Shown piece after piece: positions 1 to 9,790 of a DNA stretch of 64,000 nt. Under the pieces are notes generated by a model that saw only the letters and a program-made list of their open reading frames with translations, had not been told where the DNA came from and made no database searches. Position 1 is the stretch's first letter, and each line of letters begins with the position of its first letter. The translations under genes and the position numbers were made by a program. This DNA is from Myxococcota bacterium (GTDB lineage: Bacteria > Myxococcota_A > SURF-8 > G963663525): the NCBI GenBank assembly GCA_963676915.2, contig CAXXVK010000011.1, positions 32,001 to 96,000 of the forward strand, given 5' to 3'.

Positions 1-962
1 TAACCGAACAGCAGTGGAGAATCGTACTTTTTCGGGTCATCCACACAGTTCCAGTTTCCCAGATCATCGGCTTCGGCACGGCAGATTTTCATCCCCCAGC
101 CGGATACTTCGTCGCCCGCTTCGTTGCGGCTGACCGCGATCAACGTGCCGTCGTCCAGAAACGCGATGTCGGTTTCACTGACGCCACCTGAGAGCATCAC
201 CGGCTTGTCTTCGATGACCGGTACCCAGTCCACGCCGTTTTCGGTGGTCAGCCAGTGTACCTGAACGCCTTCGCCGTCCATATCGTAAATGTTTTCCCCG
301 CCTACGTAGGCCAGCATGTAAGGAACGCCGTTCAGCACTCGTACGCGCCACGGAATGAAGCCTTCTTCATAGAACCAGTCCGGTTCGCTCCAGTTCCCGT
401 TGACGTCCATTTTCATCATTTTCATCCCTTGGGGTTCGAATTCCCACATGTATTCGCCCAATACCGCGAAATACAAGAACAATTCACCCTTGAAGGAAAG
501 CAGACGCGGCTCGCGGAGGTCGGTTCCCATGTGGTAGGTGGTCTCCAATCGCCAGGTTTCGCGGTCGTCGCTGCTGACCACATAGAGGCGGGCCAACGGG
601 CTTGCAAAATGGTCGGGGGCTGTGCGAAATGCCAGGTAAATCCGACCGTTATGGGTTGCAACGTCTAGATTGTTGTTGGCATCTTGAAGTTGCAGGTTGG
701 TGGGGAGCGCTTGTGAGGGAACGACTTGAATGGCTTCGTCCAAGCAGGGTCCGGCCTGACAATCCTCCCGAAGAGCGAGTTCGTCGGCGATTTCGAAAAG
801 GGCTTCTTGCCACAGGGAGGTTTCATCGGTTTCCACCTCTTCGTCGCTATCACCGCTTGAGTCGATTGGGGTGTTGTCATCCGAGCCGCAGGCTGTGATG
901 AAAACCACGAAGGATCCGAGGATCAATCCAAAAAACAACGATCGTCTGAAAAAGGCGCTCAT
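1..962 (-). CDS. Lipoprotein with sialidase/BNR-like beta-propeller domain (3' end runs off the window)
   Basis: Not in the ORF track. Read manually from ATG at 962: MSAFFRRSLFFGLILGSFVVFITA-CGSDD (lipobox), acidic linker, then NNNLDVATHNGRIYLAFRTAPDHFAS...SSDDRETW (Asp-box-like)...DLREP...SETDIAF...KYDSP. The frame is open to position 1. Confidence 0.8.
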   Translation of the reverse strand, partial: MSAFFRRSLFFGLILGSFVVFITACGSDDNTPIDSSGDSDEEVETDETSLWQEALFEIADELALREDCQAGPCLDEAIQVVPSQALPTNLQLQDANNNLDVATHNGRIYLAFRTAPDHFASPLARLYVVSSDDRETWRLETTYHMGTDLREPRLLSFKGELFLYFAVLGEYMWEFEPQGMKMMKMDVNGNWSEPDWFYEEGFIPWRVRVLNGVPYMLAYVGGENIYDMDGEGVQVHWLTTENGVDWVPVIEDKPVMLSGGVSETDIAFLDDGTLIAVSRNEAGDEVSGWGMKICRAEADDLGNWNCVDDPKKYDSPLLFG

Positions 963-1102
963 GGTGTTTCCTGTTGAATACGATGATGGAATGGAGCAAT
1001 TGGGTACGAGTATAGCGAATTCTTGTTCCTCGACAAACGGTTTGCTGGATATTTTCGAACCAAGAACCCAAAAACGGCAATACTAATCAAACCCTTACAA
1101 AA

Positions 1103-1304
1103 GGGTGCATCACAAAATAGTGCGACTTTCGTAAAATCCTCTTTTTTCGTAGCGGCGAGGCGTAAGCCCGCCGTTTTTGCATTTTGCAAGTTGCTTTTAT
1201 ACCCCCAATCTCCCTTTTCGGCGGGCTTACGCCTCGCCGCTACAACCAAATGAATGAATGCTTCAATATTATTGGGCCTATTCGCACCATTTTGTGATGC
1301 ACCC
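1103..1304. mobile_element. MITE-like element with nested REP doublet
   Basis: Terminal inverted repeats at 1103-1125 and 1282-1304 match at 22/23 bp. Flanks CTTACAAAA/CCTACAAAA resemble a 9-bp target-site duplication. A perfect 25-bp internal inverted repeat starts with GTAG (1149-1173/1219-1243). Confidence 0.7.
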
Positions 1305-1433
1305 CCTACAAAACTTCGTTACGATAAAAGGTGGAAAAACCATCTTGCCAATGGTATGAAAACCGTAGATTTGGTTGTTTGAAAGAACAAAATCCCTTCG
1401 GTTCGCACAGAGCGAAAAAAAATCGTAAAAAAG

Positions 1434-1462
1434 TTGCATTGTCACGAAGGGTCATTTATATT
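1434..1462 (+). promoter_or_regulatory. Sigma-70-type promoter for rplS
   Basis: TTGCAT-17 bp-TATATT, ~110 bp upstream of the rplS ATG. Confidence 0.55.
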
Positions 1463-1570
1463 TGTGCGCCCTTCGGCAAAGAGCCTTGAAGGGGCAACCG
1501 GGAAATTATGCCGGTTGGGAGCATACGATCATTTCGCGGTCCGATACCGCATCAGGTTTGGAGCTTGACC

Positions 1571-1939
1571 ATGGCTAACTCGAAAACGAACAAAAGCGTA
1601 ATTGAAGAATTCGAACAGCGCCAGATGCGTATCGACCTTCCGGATTTCAAAGTCGGCGACCGTCTGAGAGTTCACATCAAGATCAGTGAAGGCGGAAAAG
1701 AACGCATCCAGGTTTTCATCGGCGACGTGATCCGGAAAAAACGCGGTGACATCCGTGCCGCTTTCACCGTCCGCAAGGTATCCCATGGTATCGGTGTGGA
1801 ACGTACCTTCCCGCTGCATTCGCCGCTGATCGAGAAAATCGAGATCGCGCAGCGTGGCCGCGTCCGTCGCAATCGCCTGTTCTACCTCCGTTCGCGTCGC
1901 GGTAAAGCCGCTCGTATCCGTGAGGCCAGCCGGGATTAA
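1571..1939 (+). CDS. rplS: 50S ribosomal protein L19
   Basis: [25 protein letters not shown]...[21 protein letters not shown]...[12 protein letters not shown]. Start set at ATG 1571 after GGAG. Confidence 0.97.
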   Translation: MANSKTNKSVIEEFEQRQMRIDLPDFKVGDRLRVHIKISEGGKERIQVFIGDVIRKKRGDIRAAFTVRKVSHGIGVERTFPLHSPLIEKIEIAQRGRVRRNRLFYLRSRRGKAARIREASRD

Positions 1940-1957
1940 TTCGGGCGTCGTACTCCC

Positions 1958-2605
1958 GTGAAACCTTCTGAACAATTGACGTTTTTCGAGTCGGATAGTC
2001 TCGAAAACGAGATGCGGAAATCCGGCTTCAATCTCCTGATAGGAACCGACGAAGCCGGGCGGGGACCGTTAGCCGGTCCGGTTGTTGCGGGAGCGGTGAT
2101 ACTACCGGAAAATCATTTCCTGGAAAACCTGACGGATTCCAAGCTGTTGCATGAAAAACAGCGGCTTAAGCTCGCCGACGAGATCACGGCTTCGGCCTTG
2201 GCTTGGGGTGTGGCTTTCGTGCATCCGGCTGAAATCGACGAGATCAACATCCTGCAAGCCAGCTTGAGAGCCATGGTGCAGGCGGTTGAACGCGCCGAGA
2301 AAATACTTCGTGCCGAGTTGATTCTCATCGATGGCAACAAAACCCTACCCGTCGAACGCGAACAGCGGGCCATCGTCAAAGGCGACCGCCTGTGTCCGTG
2401 CATTTCCGCAGCATCGATTCTGGCCAAAGTAGCGCGGGACGCCTACATGACCTGGCTCGATGGAGTTTATCCGGGCTACGGTTTTCGCCGTCACAAGGGA
2501 TATCCGACAAAAGCCCACCGGCAGATCATCGAACAAAAAGGACCGACCCCGGTACATCGGAAAACCTTTCGAGGTGTGAAGGAATTCCTGCACCGGAGCC
2601 GGTAG
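1958..2605 (+). CDS. rnhB: Ribonuclease HII
   Basis: GTDEAGRGPLAGPV, DSK, IDG, KGD, AASILAKVARD and HKGYPT motifs. Follows rplS as usual. Confidence 0.96.
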   Translation: MKPSEQLTFFESDSLENEMRKSGFNLLIGTDEAGRGPLAGPVVAGAVILPENHFLENLTDSKLLHEKQRLKLADEITASALAWGVAFVHPAEIDEINILQASLRAMVQAVERAEKILRAELILIDGNKTLPVEREQRAIVKGDRLCPCISAASILAKVARDAYMTWLDGVYPGYGFRRHKGYPTKAHRQIIEQKGPTPVHRKTFRGVKEFLHRSR

Positions 2606-2649
2606 GGAGAGCCGAGAGTTTTATCTCGGCGGGGGCCACTAGATTCAGA

Positions 2650-4131
2650 TTACCGTTGGAAGGCGATGAACAGTGCCGACTGCTGGCGGTTGATCAACAG
2701 ACGAACGAAGCTTCTTTCATCGATTCGTTTCATCGCTTTTTCGAAGTCCTTGATATCTCCAATCTTTTTCCTGTTGATTTTGCGGATGATATCTCCTGGA
2801 CGCAGTCCCGAACGACCACCGGATTGCCGTGGGTCGAGATCGACGATGACCACGCCTTCGCCATCTTCGATACCAGCCTTTTTCAACTGGGCTTTGTTCG
2901 GTTTAGCCACGGTGATTCCCGCCGCTTCCACCGTCGTCTGCTTATCGTTCGTTTTGGGTGTATCGGCGTTTTCGGCGTACTCGTCTTCGGGGAAGCTGTC
3001 GAGTCGCAACGTCTTTTCGATCTCGCGACGGTCACGCCAGATTTTCAACTCGACCTTTTTGCCTTTGCCGGTCGTGGAAGCGTACCAGACCAGATCCTGC
3101 CAATTGGCGATGGCTCTTCCGTCGAATTCCAGAATGATATCTTCGGGTTCGATCCCGGCTTTTTCAGCAGGTCCATCCTTTACTACATCGGTAACCAATG
3201 CGCCTCGGGCTTTGTCCAGTCCCAGTGATCCGGCCAATTCGCTTGTAACCTTCTGCACTTGGATGCCCATCCAGGAACGGTTGACCTTTCCGTGCACGAG
3301 TTGCGGAAGCAACGTTTTCGCCATGTTGATCGGGATAGCGAAACCGATACCTTGCGCCTGGGCCACGGCTGTATTGATACCGATGACCTCCCCGTAAATA
3401 TTCAGCAGCGGACCGCCGGAGTTGCCCGGATTGATCGATGCGTCGGTCTGGATGAAATTGGAGTGGATGTGCTTACCGGAGGGGTTGATGTCTTTTCGCC
3501 CCTTTTGGCTCACGATACCCCGCGTTACGGTGTGCGACAATCCCAGCGGATTGCCGATGGCTACGACGGTTTCACCGACCTGCAAAGCATCGGAGTCGCC
3601 CAATGGCAGGTACGGCAGCTTCTCGCCTGCGTCGATTTTGATCAGCGCCATGTCCGTTCGTGGATCGGTTCCAACGACCTTGGCCTCGTATTCGCTGCCG
3701 TTTTCCAGGGTGATCAGGATCTCGTCGGCCTCCTCGACCACGTGGTTGTTCGTAAAGATGTAGCCTTCCGGGTTGATGATAAAGCCCGATCCCAGTCCTC
3801 GGCTTTGGAACTTGCGTCGTTGCTCGGGACCGAAGAAAAAGTCGAAGAAATCGTCAAATGGCCTGTCGTTTCCGTACGGATTACGATTCCTTCGTTGCGG
3901 ACCGAAAACGATGTTTTTCGTCGTCGATACGGAAACCACCGCCGGGATGCTTTCCTTGGCCAGCCGTACGAACTGTTCGTTGTAGGCCGGATCGATATAG
4001 GCTTTTCGATCGGAACGTTCTTTCCATATTTTATCGTTGGCGTGTCCGGTTTCCGAAACCAGAACCACGGCCAGAGCGAAAATCGAAACCACAAATATCG
4101 GGAAAAGTCGTGCCTTCAATATTCGTTTCAT
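2650..4131 (-). CDS. degP: DegP/HtrA (Do family) serine protease with two PDZ domains
   Basis: Signal peptide, TNNHVV, DMAL, INPGNSGGPL and two PDZ repeats. ATG 4131 follows GGAGGA. Confidence 0.93.
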   Translation of the reverse strand: MKRILKARLFPIFVVSIFALAVVLVSETGHANDKIWKERSDRKAYIDPAYNEQFVRLAKESIPAVVSVSTTKNIVFGPQRRNRNPYGNDRPFDDFFDFFFGPEQRRKFQSRGLGSGFIINPEGYIFTNNHVVEEADEILITLENGSEYEAKVVGTDPRTDMALIKIDAGEKLPYLPLGDSDALQVGETVVAIGNPLGLSHTVTRGIVSQKGRKDINPSGKHIHSNFIQTDASINPGNSGGPLLNIYGEVIGINTAVAQAQGIGFAIPINMAKTLLPQLVHGKVNRSWMGIQVQKVTSELAGSLGLDKARGALVTDVVKDGPAEKAGIEPEDIILEFDGRAIANWQDLVWYASTTGKGKKVELKIWRDRREIEKTLRLDSFPEDEYAENADTPKTNDKQTTVEAAGITVAKPNKAQLKKAGIEDGEGVVIVDLDPRQSGGRSGLRPGDIIRKINRKKIGDIKDFEKAMKRIDERSFVRLLINRQQSALFIAFQR

Positions 4132-4260
4132 AGATAAGTCTCCTCCGTTTGGTTGTCTGTTTTTTCCAAACCGGGAAACGGTGAGTTTTATTCCCATATT
4201 ATTTTCGTATGGACGTGAATTAAAATGTGGAAAAACGGCACTTCTCGCACGAAATTCGTT

Positions 4261-4389
4261 GGTTCAGGTTTTCAACCTGAACCGAAACGTTTGAGGGCAG
4301 GATAAAATCCTGCCCCATCATGTCTCGTGTAACCATTTGGAATCACAGCATTATCTATTTTCCTCATGTCGGGAAAACCATCACCCGAC
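4261..4389. repeat. Cluster of short REP-like hairpins
   Basis: GGTTCAGGTT-ttc-AACCTGAACC (4261-4283), GGGCAGGAT-aaa-ATCCTGCCC (4295-4315) and GTCGGG...CCCGAC (4368-4389). Confidence 0.5.
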
Positions 4390-4445
4390 CGACAATTTTT
4401 CCTGTTTTTCCGATAGTTTGACGATGGTTCACCCCACCGTATCGG

Positions 4446-5090
4446 TCATTTTTTCACAGCTTTGACGAAAGCCTTAACCGACGTTTCCTTAAAACGCTTT
4501 TCGCAGGGATCGTAAAAGCGGAATCTTCGCTCGTCCCGTTCGAGAACCGAAATCAGGTCCGATCTCGGTGTTTGACCGGCGCTTTTCCAAGCGGCGGCGG
4601 CCATAGCCCTACGAAAAGGAAACGGAGATTCCATCGAGCGTTCCAAAGGTTCGGCAAACGACGCAATCAACGTCGGCGCGGGTTTGGACCATCGCCAGGC
4701 TGCATGATGTACGCCGTCCTCGAATGGCTCGAAATTCAGCAAATACAGTAAGTTAGGACCGAAACTGTCACGCAGGTCGGGAACATTCAACAGCACTTCA
4801 CCCACAACTTCCGGCGCGTTCCAGACGATGCCCCCGGATTCGTCGTTCATATGCCAGAACAGGCGGCGAAGCAGACTGCGAACAGGTTCGAAATCGTGTT
4901 CGGCAAAACGAGCGGCTACGCTGCCAATGGTGTGGATGGTTTTCCAGCGAAAAATTTCGTCAGGATGGAACAGCAGGCCGATCAACGCCGCCCATGGACG
5001 CCGCCGATGCATCGCCCACTTCCAGACGGCTTCGGTGTTTCCATGGGCGATCCATGCAAAAAGTCGGTCTTTTTCGCGTCGATTCGGCAA
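4446..5090 (-). CDS. DVU0298-like HEAT-repeat protein
   Basis: Signature RRLFWHMNDESGGIVWNAPEVVGE, recalled as typical of this deltaproteobacterial family. Confidence 0.7.
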   Translation of the reverse strand: MPNRREKDRLFAWIAHGNTEAVWKWAMHRRRPWAALIGLLFHPDEIFRWKTIHTIGSVAARFAEHDFEPVRSLLRRLFWHMNDESGGIVWNAPEVVGEVLLNVPDLRDSFGPNLLYLLNFEPFEDGVHHAAWRWSKPAPTLIASFAEPLERSMESPFPFRRAMAAAAWKSAGQTPRSDLISVLERDERRFRFYDPCEKRFKETSVKAFVKAVKK

Positions 5091-5106
5091 TGGTTGTCGA
5101 TATCAG

Positions 5107-5850
5107 CTAAAATTCAACGGCGTCCACTTTCCAATCGGGACCGGGTTTGAAGGTGAAAAAGTTCTCCTCAAAAACCTGATCCGGCTTGGGTTCATTGAAG
5201 GTGAAATGGTTGGTATTGCCCATCACATCGAGTAGCACGGTTTCCTCGATTCGTCCCGTGTCGGGCTGGACAAACAGAAACATGAATTCGAAGGGTTTGT
5301 CTTTGGAAAGCGGCGTGAGTTCCAAAACGGTACGCTCACCGCGTTCCAACCCTAGAATTTTCTTCGTGGCAATGGATCGAACGATGTAATCGCGGGTCAG
5401 ATCGCTACCGCCCCAGAGAAAGGAAATCGAGCTTTCCAGGGCGCTGGTGCTGAAATTCTTGTGTACCTGCACGGTTTTCTTGTCGGGAATCACGAGCCAG
5501 ATGCTTTTGCCGTCGGTGATGAAGTTCTGTTTAGGCTTTTCTCGATATTCCCAGCGCATATTCAGCGGTCGTTTGAAATAGACAACGCCTTTGTTTTTAA
5601 TGTCCCGCCCGGTGATTTTCGAAGTGTAAATCTGCTGGAATTCGAGAGTAAAATCCTTTTGCTGCCGGTAGTATTCCCTAACCTTTGCACTTGCCGCCTC
5701 GGCCACCGGATCGCGAAGGAGTTCTTTCGTTTTTAAAGGGATCTGCTCTGTTTCGGCCCAAGACGAAACTCCCGTGATCCAAAGCAGACAAAACGTGACG
5801 AAAAGGATGATCTTCTTCAAAACTCGCTCCCGTGGTTGGGGATGGTTCAA
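5107..5850 (-). CDS. lolA: Outer membrane lipoprotein carrier protein LolA
   Basis: Signal peptide, then FQQ...GVVYFKRPLNMRWEY...ITDGKSIW...DVMGNTNHFTF...FTFKP. Confidence 0.88.
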   Translation of the reverse strand: MNHPQPRERVLKKIILFVTFCLLWITGVSSWAETEQIPLKTKELLRDPVAEAASAKVREYYRQQKDFTLEFQQIYTSKITGRDIKNKGVVYFKRPLNMRWEYREKPKQNFITDGKSIWLVIPDKKTVQVHKNFSTSALESSISFLWGGSDLTRDYIVRSIATKKILGLERGERTVLELTPLSKDKPFEFMFLFVQPDTGRIEETVLLDVMGNTNHFTFNEPKPDQVFEENFFTFKPGPDWKVDAVEF

Positions 5851-5854
5851 ACCA

Positions 5855-6913
5855 TTATCCGATGGAAATCATACGGTCCAGCGAGGCCCGAGCGAGATCC
5901 ATCATTTCGGGTTCCAATTCGATTTCGTACCGGCGGTTCAGCAACGAGGCCAGGGTGTCTTCGAGCGTGATGGTTTTCATGTGCGGACAGGCAATGGAAC
6001 ACATCCGCACCAGTTCCTTGTCGGGATTCTCGGCGACGATGTTGTCTCCCATGCTGCATTCGGTCAACAGCAGGTACTTTTCGCTGTCGGTTTCCTTGAC
6101 GTGACGAATCATCTGCTTGGTGCTGCCGGAAAAGTCCGAGGCTCGCACCACTTCGCGGGAGCATTCCGGGTGGGCCAACACGTTAAGTCCCGGATGGGTT
6201 TCTCGTGCACGGGTGATGTCATCCACCGTGAACTGTTCGTGAACCTCGCAACGCCCCTTCCAGCCGATCATCGCTTTGGGCGCATCGGGTTCGGCGTCGC
6301 TGGGGAAGAAAATCGGTACGCCCAGTTCGTCCGCCACATTGGAACCTAAATACTCGTCCGGCAGGAAAAGCACCCGGTTGTGGCCGTTCTCGAACAGGTG
6401 CCTAACCACTTTGTCGGCGTTGGAGGAGGTGCAGCAAATGTCGGTTTCGGCCTTGACTTCGGCATAAGTATTGACATACGAAACGACCGGAACCCCTGGA
6501 AATTGTTGCTTCAAGTTCCGTACGTCGTCTCCTGAGATCGCAGCGGCCAGCGAACACCCCGCCTCTTTGGCCGGAAGCAGAACCTGCTTGCCGGGATTGA
6601 GGATTTTTGCGGTTTCCGCCATGAATTCCACTCCGCAGAAAACAATGATATCCGCGTCGGTCCGTGCCGAAATCCTCGCCAGTTCCAGCGAGTCTCCCAC
6701 GTAATCGGGAACGGTGTTGAACAGCACCGCTTCCATGTAGTTATGACCCAGGATAACGGCGTTTAATTCTTTTTTCAGGCGATTGATCTGAAACACCAAC
6801 TCGGCTTTGTCTTCCAAAGCTGCCGGAGGCATCAGGTGACTAAGCTTTTTTTTCATCCATTCGAGAGTTTCCTCACGGCTGGCGGCGTTGTGAATGGTTT
6901 GCATGTCGGTCAT
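5855..6913 (-). CDS. nadA: Quinolinate synthase A
   Basis: GHNY, GDSLELA, FCGVEFMAETAK, GCSLA, YVNT, CTSSNA, CEVH, AHPEC and CPHMK motifs. Confidence 0.96.
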   Translation of the reverse strand: MTDMQTIHNAASREETLEWMKKKLSHLMPPAALEDKAELVFQINRLKKELNAVILGHNYMEAVLFNTVPDYVGDSLELARISARTDADIIVFCGVEFMAETAKILNPGKQVLLPAKEAGCSLAAAISGDDVRNLKQQFPGVPVVSYVNTYAEVKAETDICCTSSNADKVVRHLFENGHNRVLFLPDEYLGSNVADELGVPIFFPSDAEPDAPKAMIGWKGRCEVHEQFTVDDITRARETHPGLNVLAHPECSREVVRASDFSGSTKQMIRHVKETDSEKYLLLTECSMGDNIVAENPDKELVRMCSIACPHMKTITLEDTLASLLNRRYEIELEPEMMDLARASLDRMISIG

Positions 6914-7096
6914 ATTATTTCTCCGAAAACGTGAATTCATTCCATCAAATCGTTCGGTTCTCTATTCTGTACCTTGTCATGATTCGCGGGTCAAGCGACA
7001 CAGGTGAAGGATACTTCATAAAAATCGTGTTTCGATTTTGTAACTGCTTGTAAATAAAGACTTTTTAGAATTTAAAAGTGAAAATGGCTGTTTTTT

Positions 7097-7165
7097 AAGT
7101 AGGTCGGGCAAATTTCTTGCCCGACACCTTGGCATTGTCGGGCAAGAAATTTGCCCGACCTACTT
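7097..7165. repeat. REPIN-like doublet (GTAGGTCGGGCAAATTTCTTGCCCGAC family), copy 1
   Basis: Perfect 30-bp inverted repeat with a 9-nt spacer. Each arm is itself palindromic and carries GTAG/CTAC ends. Confidence 0.85.
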
Positions 7166-7193
7166 GGGAACTCTGAACTGTCCGCTGGGATGT

Positions 7194-9512
7194 CTACCAG
7201 TCCCTATTCAACGTGTAGTACGTCAGCCGGTAGCGGTCTTGACCGTCGTGCGGCCCTTTGGTGATTTCCAATCGTTCCTCTTCCCGGAACAATCCCACAC
7301 GGATCTCCATCCGTCCGCTGGCCAAATGTTTTGGAATGCGTCCTTTCCAGACATCCTCAATGATTTCACCGGGTTCCCAGCGATCCGTCGGGTAATCGGC
7401 ATTGGCCGGCGTATGGTCACCGATCATCCGCCCGCCACCTCTGGAGGCATCGCCGTGGATAAAGACGGTCCAATCCTCTGCGACCGGTTTTTTGGCTTTC
7501 CAGTACAGTTTGATGGTGATTTCGTCCCCGATTTTCGCTTCTTTATCCGGCAGAATTTTATAGGCCAGCAACTCGATGTTGTCGCCGAATTCCACTGTCG
7601 TGCGTTCCACGTCCAGAGGAAGTTCCTTGAGTTTGTAGTTGGCTTTTCCCCGTTTGGCTTTCGGGGGTGCTTCGGTCGAAACGAGATAGGTGAACGGATG
7701 GCGAGAATCGACGATGTAAAGATCCCGATCCATTTTCTTTTTGACACGCTCCCGGATGCGACTGAAAGAACCCCGATCGATCATGCAGAACAGCTTGCCC
7801 TCCTGCTTGAAAAAGGCTTCCGGGGTGGTTTTCTGGTAACGTTTTTTCTTCCAGAGTCTTTCGCCTTTTTCCTTGCGGGAATCGAGATAGGTATAGCGAT
7901 TGTTGAAATAGAAGGTCGGCGAAAGCCGTTTCCAGCTATGGTATTCGCACAGAGGTTCTTTGTAGACAGGCTCGTTCCAGATGTTTTCCGCCTTCGGGTC
8001 GTCGGGAGACAACAGGGTGGCTTTTTCCTGGTAGGCGTGCCAGAGCTGTCGCTGGCTCATCGTGTCGCCGATGCCAGGAATCACTTTGTAGTTGAAATAA
8101 CTCATGAAAACGATGGTGATGAGCAAAAACAGCCCCAAGGCTTCCATTCGCCATTTCCGCCAGAAAAACGGCAATCCCAAGGCCACGCCCATCGGGTAGA
8201 TCATCGCGATCATGTCCATTTGGGGGCATGCGCTACGAGGCAGAGAACGGTCGTAATAGTAGATGAACAGATGGATCAGGTGCTTGTAATTGGTGATAAT
8301 ATCCTTGGCCACAAACGAGAAGACCAGCACGGCAATCACCACGTCGAAACGTAGATAGGGAGTTTGCTCCCTTTTCATGCCACGTATCAGGTAATAGCCG
8401 ATCATCACCGTTAAAAACGGCACGGTCGGAAAGACGTAATGCTTGAATTTGGTAGAGAGCAGTGTAAAGAAGATGTACGGGAATAGAAAACAGCAGAGAA
8501 TGAACAGGTTTTTCCGGTACTTGCCTAAAACGTCGCGCATGTCGCCTTTGACAAAACGCCAAAGGGCGAAGGGGATGAACGCGCACCAGGGAAATGTTCC
8601 GTAGAAAATCTGGGCGATATACATTTCGAAGGTGTTGTTCGGCTTTTTGATAACGCCGATGGCCCGTTGGAAATGATGATAGTAGAAGAACGACTTGGGA
8701 TACGCCATTCCGAAATGAAGGCTCATATACAGGAACCACGGCAGCGCCAACGCAAGGAAAATCAACGTTCCCTGACCGAAGCGCATCTTTTTCAGCACGG
8801 ACCAGTCCTGCGTGATCATGATATAGCCAAGCACCGCCATGCCGGGAACCACGGCGCACAACATGCCCTTGGTCAGCATCGCCAGGGCTGAAAGTACCCA
8901 GAATCCGTAGATCCATCGAGCCTTGTCCGGTTCCCGGAAGAGCCCCACCGCCAGAGACAGCAGGGCCGTGGTTTGGAAGACGACATACACCCCGTCGTGG
9001 ATCGCCTGCCTTCCTATGAAATAGAATTGTGGAGAGGTCATCAGGACAAGCGAGGCGGCAAGCGCCGTCCTCCAGTCAAACAATCGAATCAACAGGAAAC
9101 AGAAGCCGAACAGTCCCAATGCAGCCATCAAGGCTACAGGAAAACGAACGGCAAACTCGGTCTTTCCGAAGGCTTCGATGGACAATCGCATCATCCAGAA
9201 CAACATCACCGGTTTGGAGAACCAGCGGTCGTCGTTTCGATGATGAGGAATGAGCCAGGTATTGTTTTCCGCCATTTCCACCGCTACCTGAGCATAGTGC
9301 GGTTCCCATGGGTCGTACAGGGCATGCGTACCCAGCAGGGGAAGATACAGGAAAAGCGTCAACAACATCATTCCGAGCGGAAGAAGAAACTCCCGACGTT
9401 CGAACAACGGGCGTTTAAGGTCTTCGGCTGCGCTACGAGCAAAAAATTCGGCTAGCATGATCGGATACCATTCTTCGGTCTTGCCAACAAATACGTCATC
9501 AATACCCGGCAT
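7194..9512 (-). CDS. ArnT/PMT-family (GT39/GT83-like) membrane glycosyltransferase with C-terminal extracytoplasmic domain
   Basis: DPWEPHYAQVAVEM, WFSKP, EFAVRFP, LTKG, many TM helices and a C-terminal FGDNIELLAY...LYW...VFIH...WEPGEIIED domain. The start could be 9458. Confidence 0.88.
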   Translation of the reverse strand: MPGIDDVFVGKTEEWYPIMLAEFFARSAAEDLKRPLFERREFLLPLGMMLLTLFLYLPLLGTHALYDPWEPHYAQVAVEMAENNTWLIPHHRNDDRWFSKPVMLFWMMRLSIEAFGKTEFAVRFPVALMAALGLFGFCFLLIRLFDWRTALAASLVLMTSPQFYFIGRQAIHDGVYVVFQTTALLSLAVGLFREPDKARWIYGFWVLSALAMLTKGMLCAVVPGMAVLGYIMITQDWSVLKKMRFGQGTLIFLALALPWFLYMSLHFGMAYPKSFFYYHHFQRAIGVIKKPNNTFEMYIAQIFYGTFPWCAFIPFALWRFVKGDMRDVLGKYRKNLFILCCFLFPYIFFTLLSTKFKHYVFPTVPFLTVMIGYYLIRGMKREQTPYLRFDVVIAVLVFSFVAKDIITNYKHLIHLFIYYYDRSLPRSACPQMDMIAMIYPMGVALGLPFFWRKWRMEALGLFLLITIVFMSYFNYKVIPGIGDTMSQRQLWHAYQEKATLLSPDDPKAENIWNEPVYKEPLCEYHSWKRLSPTFYFNNRYTYLDSRKEKGERLWKKKRYQKTTPEAFFKQEGKLFCMIDRGSFSRIRERVKKKMDRDLYIVDSRHPFTYLVSTEAPPKAKRGKANYKLKELPLDVERTTVEFGDNIELLAYKILPDKEAKIGDEITIKLYWKAKKPVAEDWTVFIHGDASRGGGRMIGDHTPANADYPTDRWEPGEIIEDVWKGRIPKHLASGRMEIRVGLFREEERLEITKGPHDGQDRYRLTYYTLNRDW

Positions 9513-9614
9513 CCTACCAGAGGGATTGAAAAGGGCAAATTATTCCGCACGAATACGAAGGTTTCATTTTTCTATCCGAACGATGAAACGGGATGTTCGA
9601 GAATTTTCGGGAAC

Positions 9615-9780
9615 AAAAGGAGATCCCCTCTTTCCTGAGAAAGAAGGGATGGAGGAGAGGAGAGATAAATAAAGGTAGTTAAAAAGAAAAAAACAACCGA
9701 GTCATATCTCAACGGGTTACCCCGGTTTTCAGTCGAGGCGTTGAGCAAAGTTCCAAATCGGTATAGCCTCGACACGTATA
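9615..9780 (-). ncRNA. Candidate sigma-54-dependent small RNA (or structured 5' leader)
   Basis: Lies directly downstream of a -24/-12 promoter. Three hairpins, a CUCUCCUCUCCUCC tract, a final 12-bp stem followed by CUCCUUUU, and no credible ORF. Confidence 0.45.
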
Positions 9781-9790
9781 GCAAAAACAA

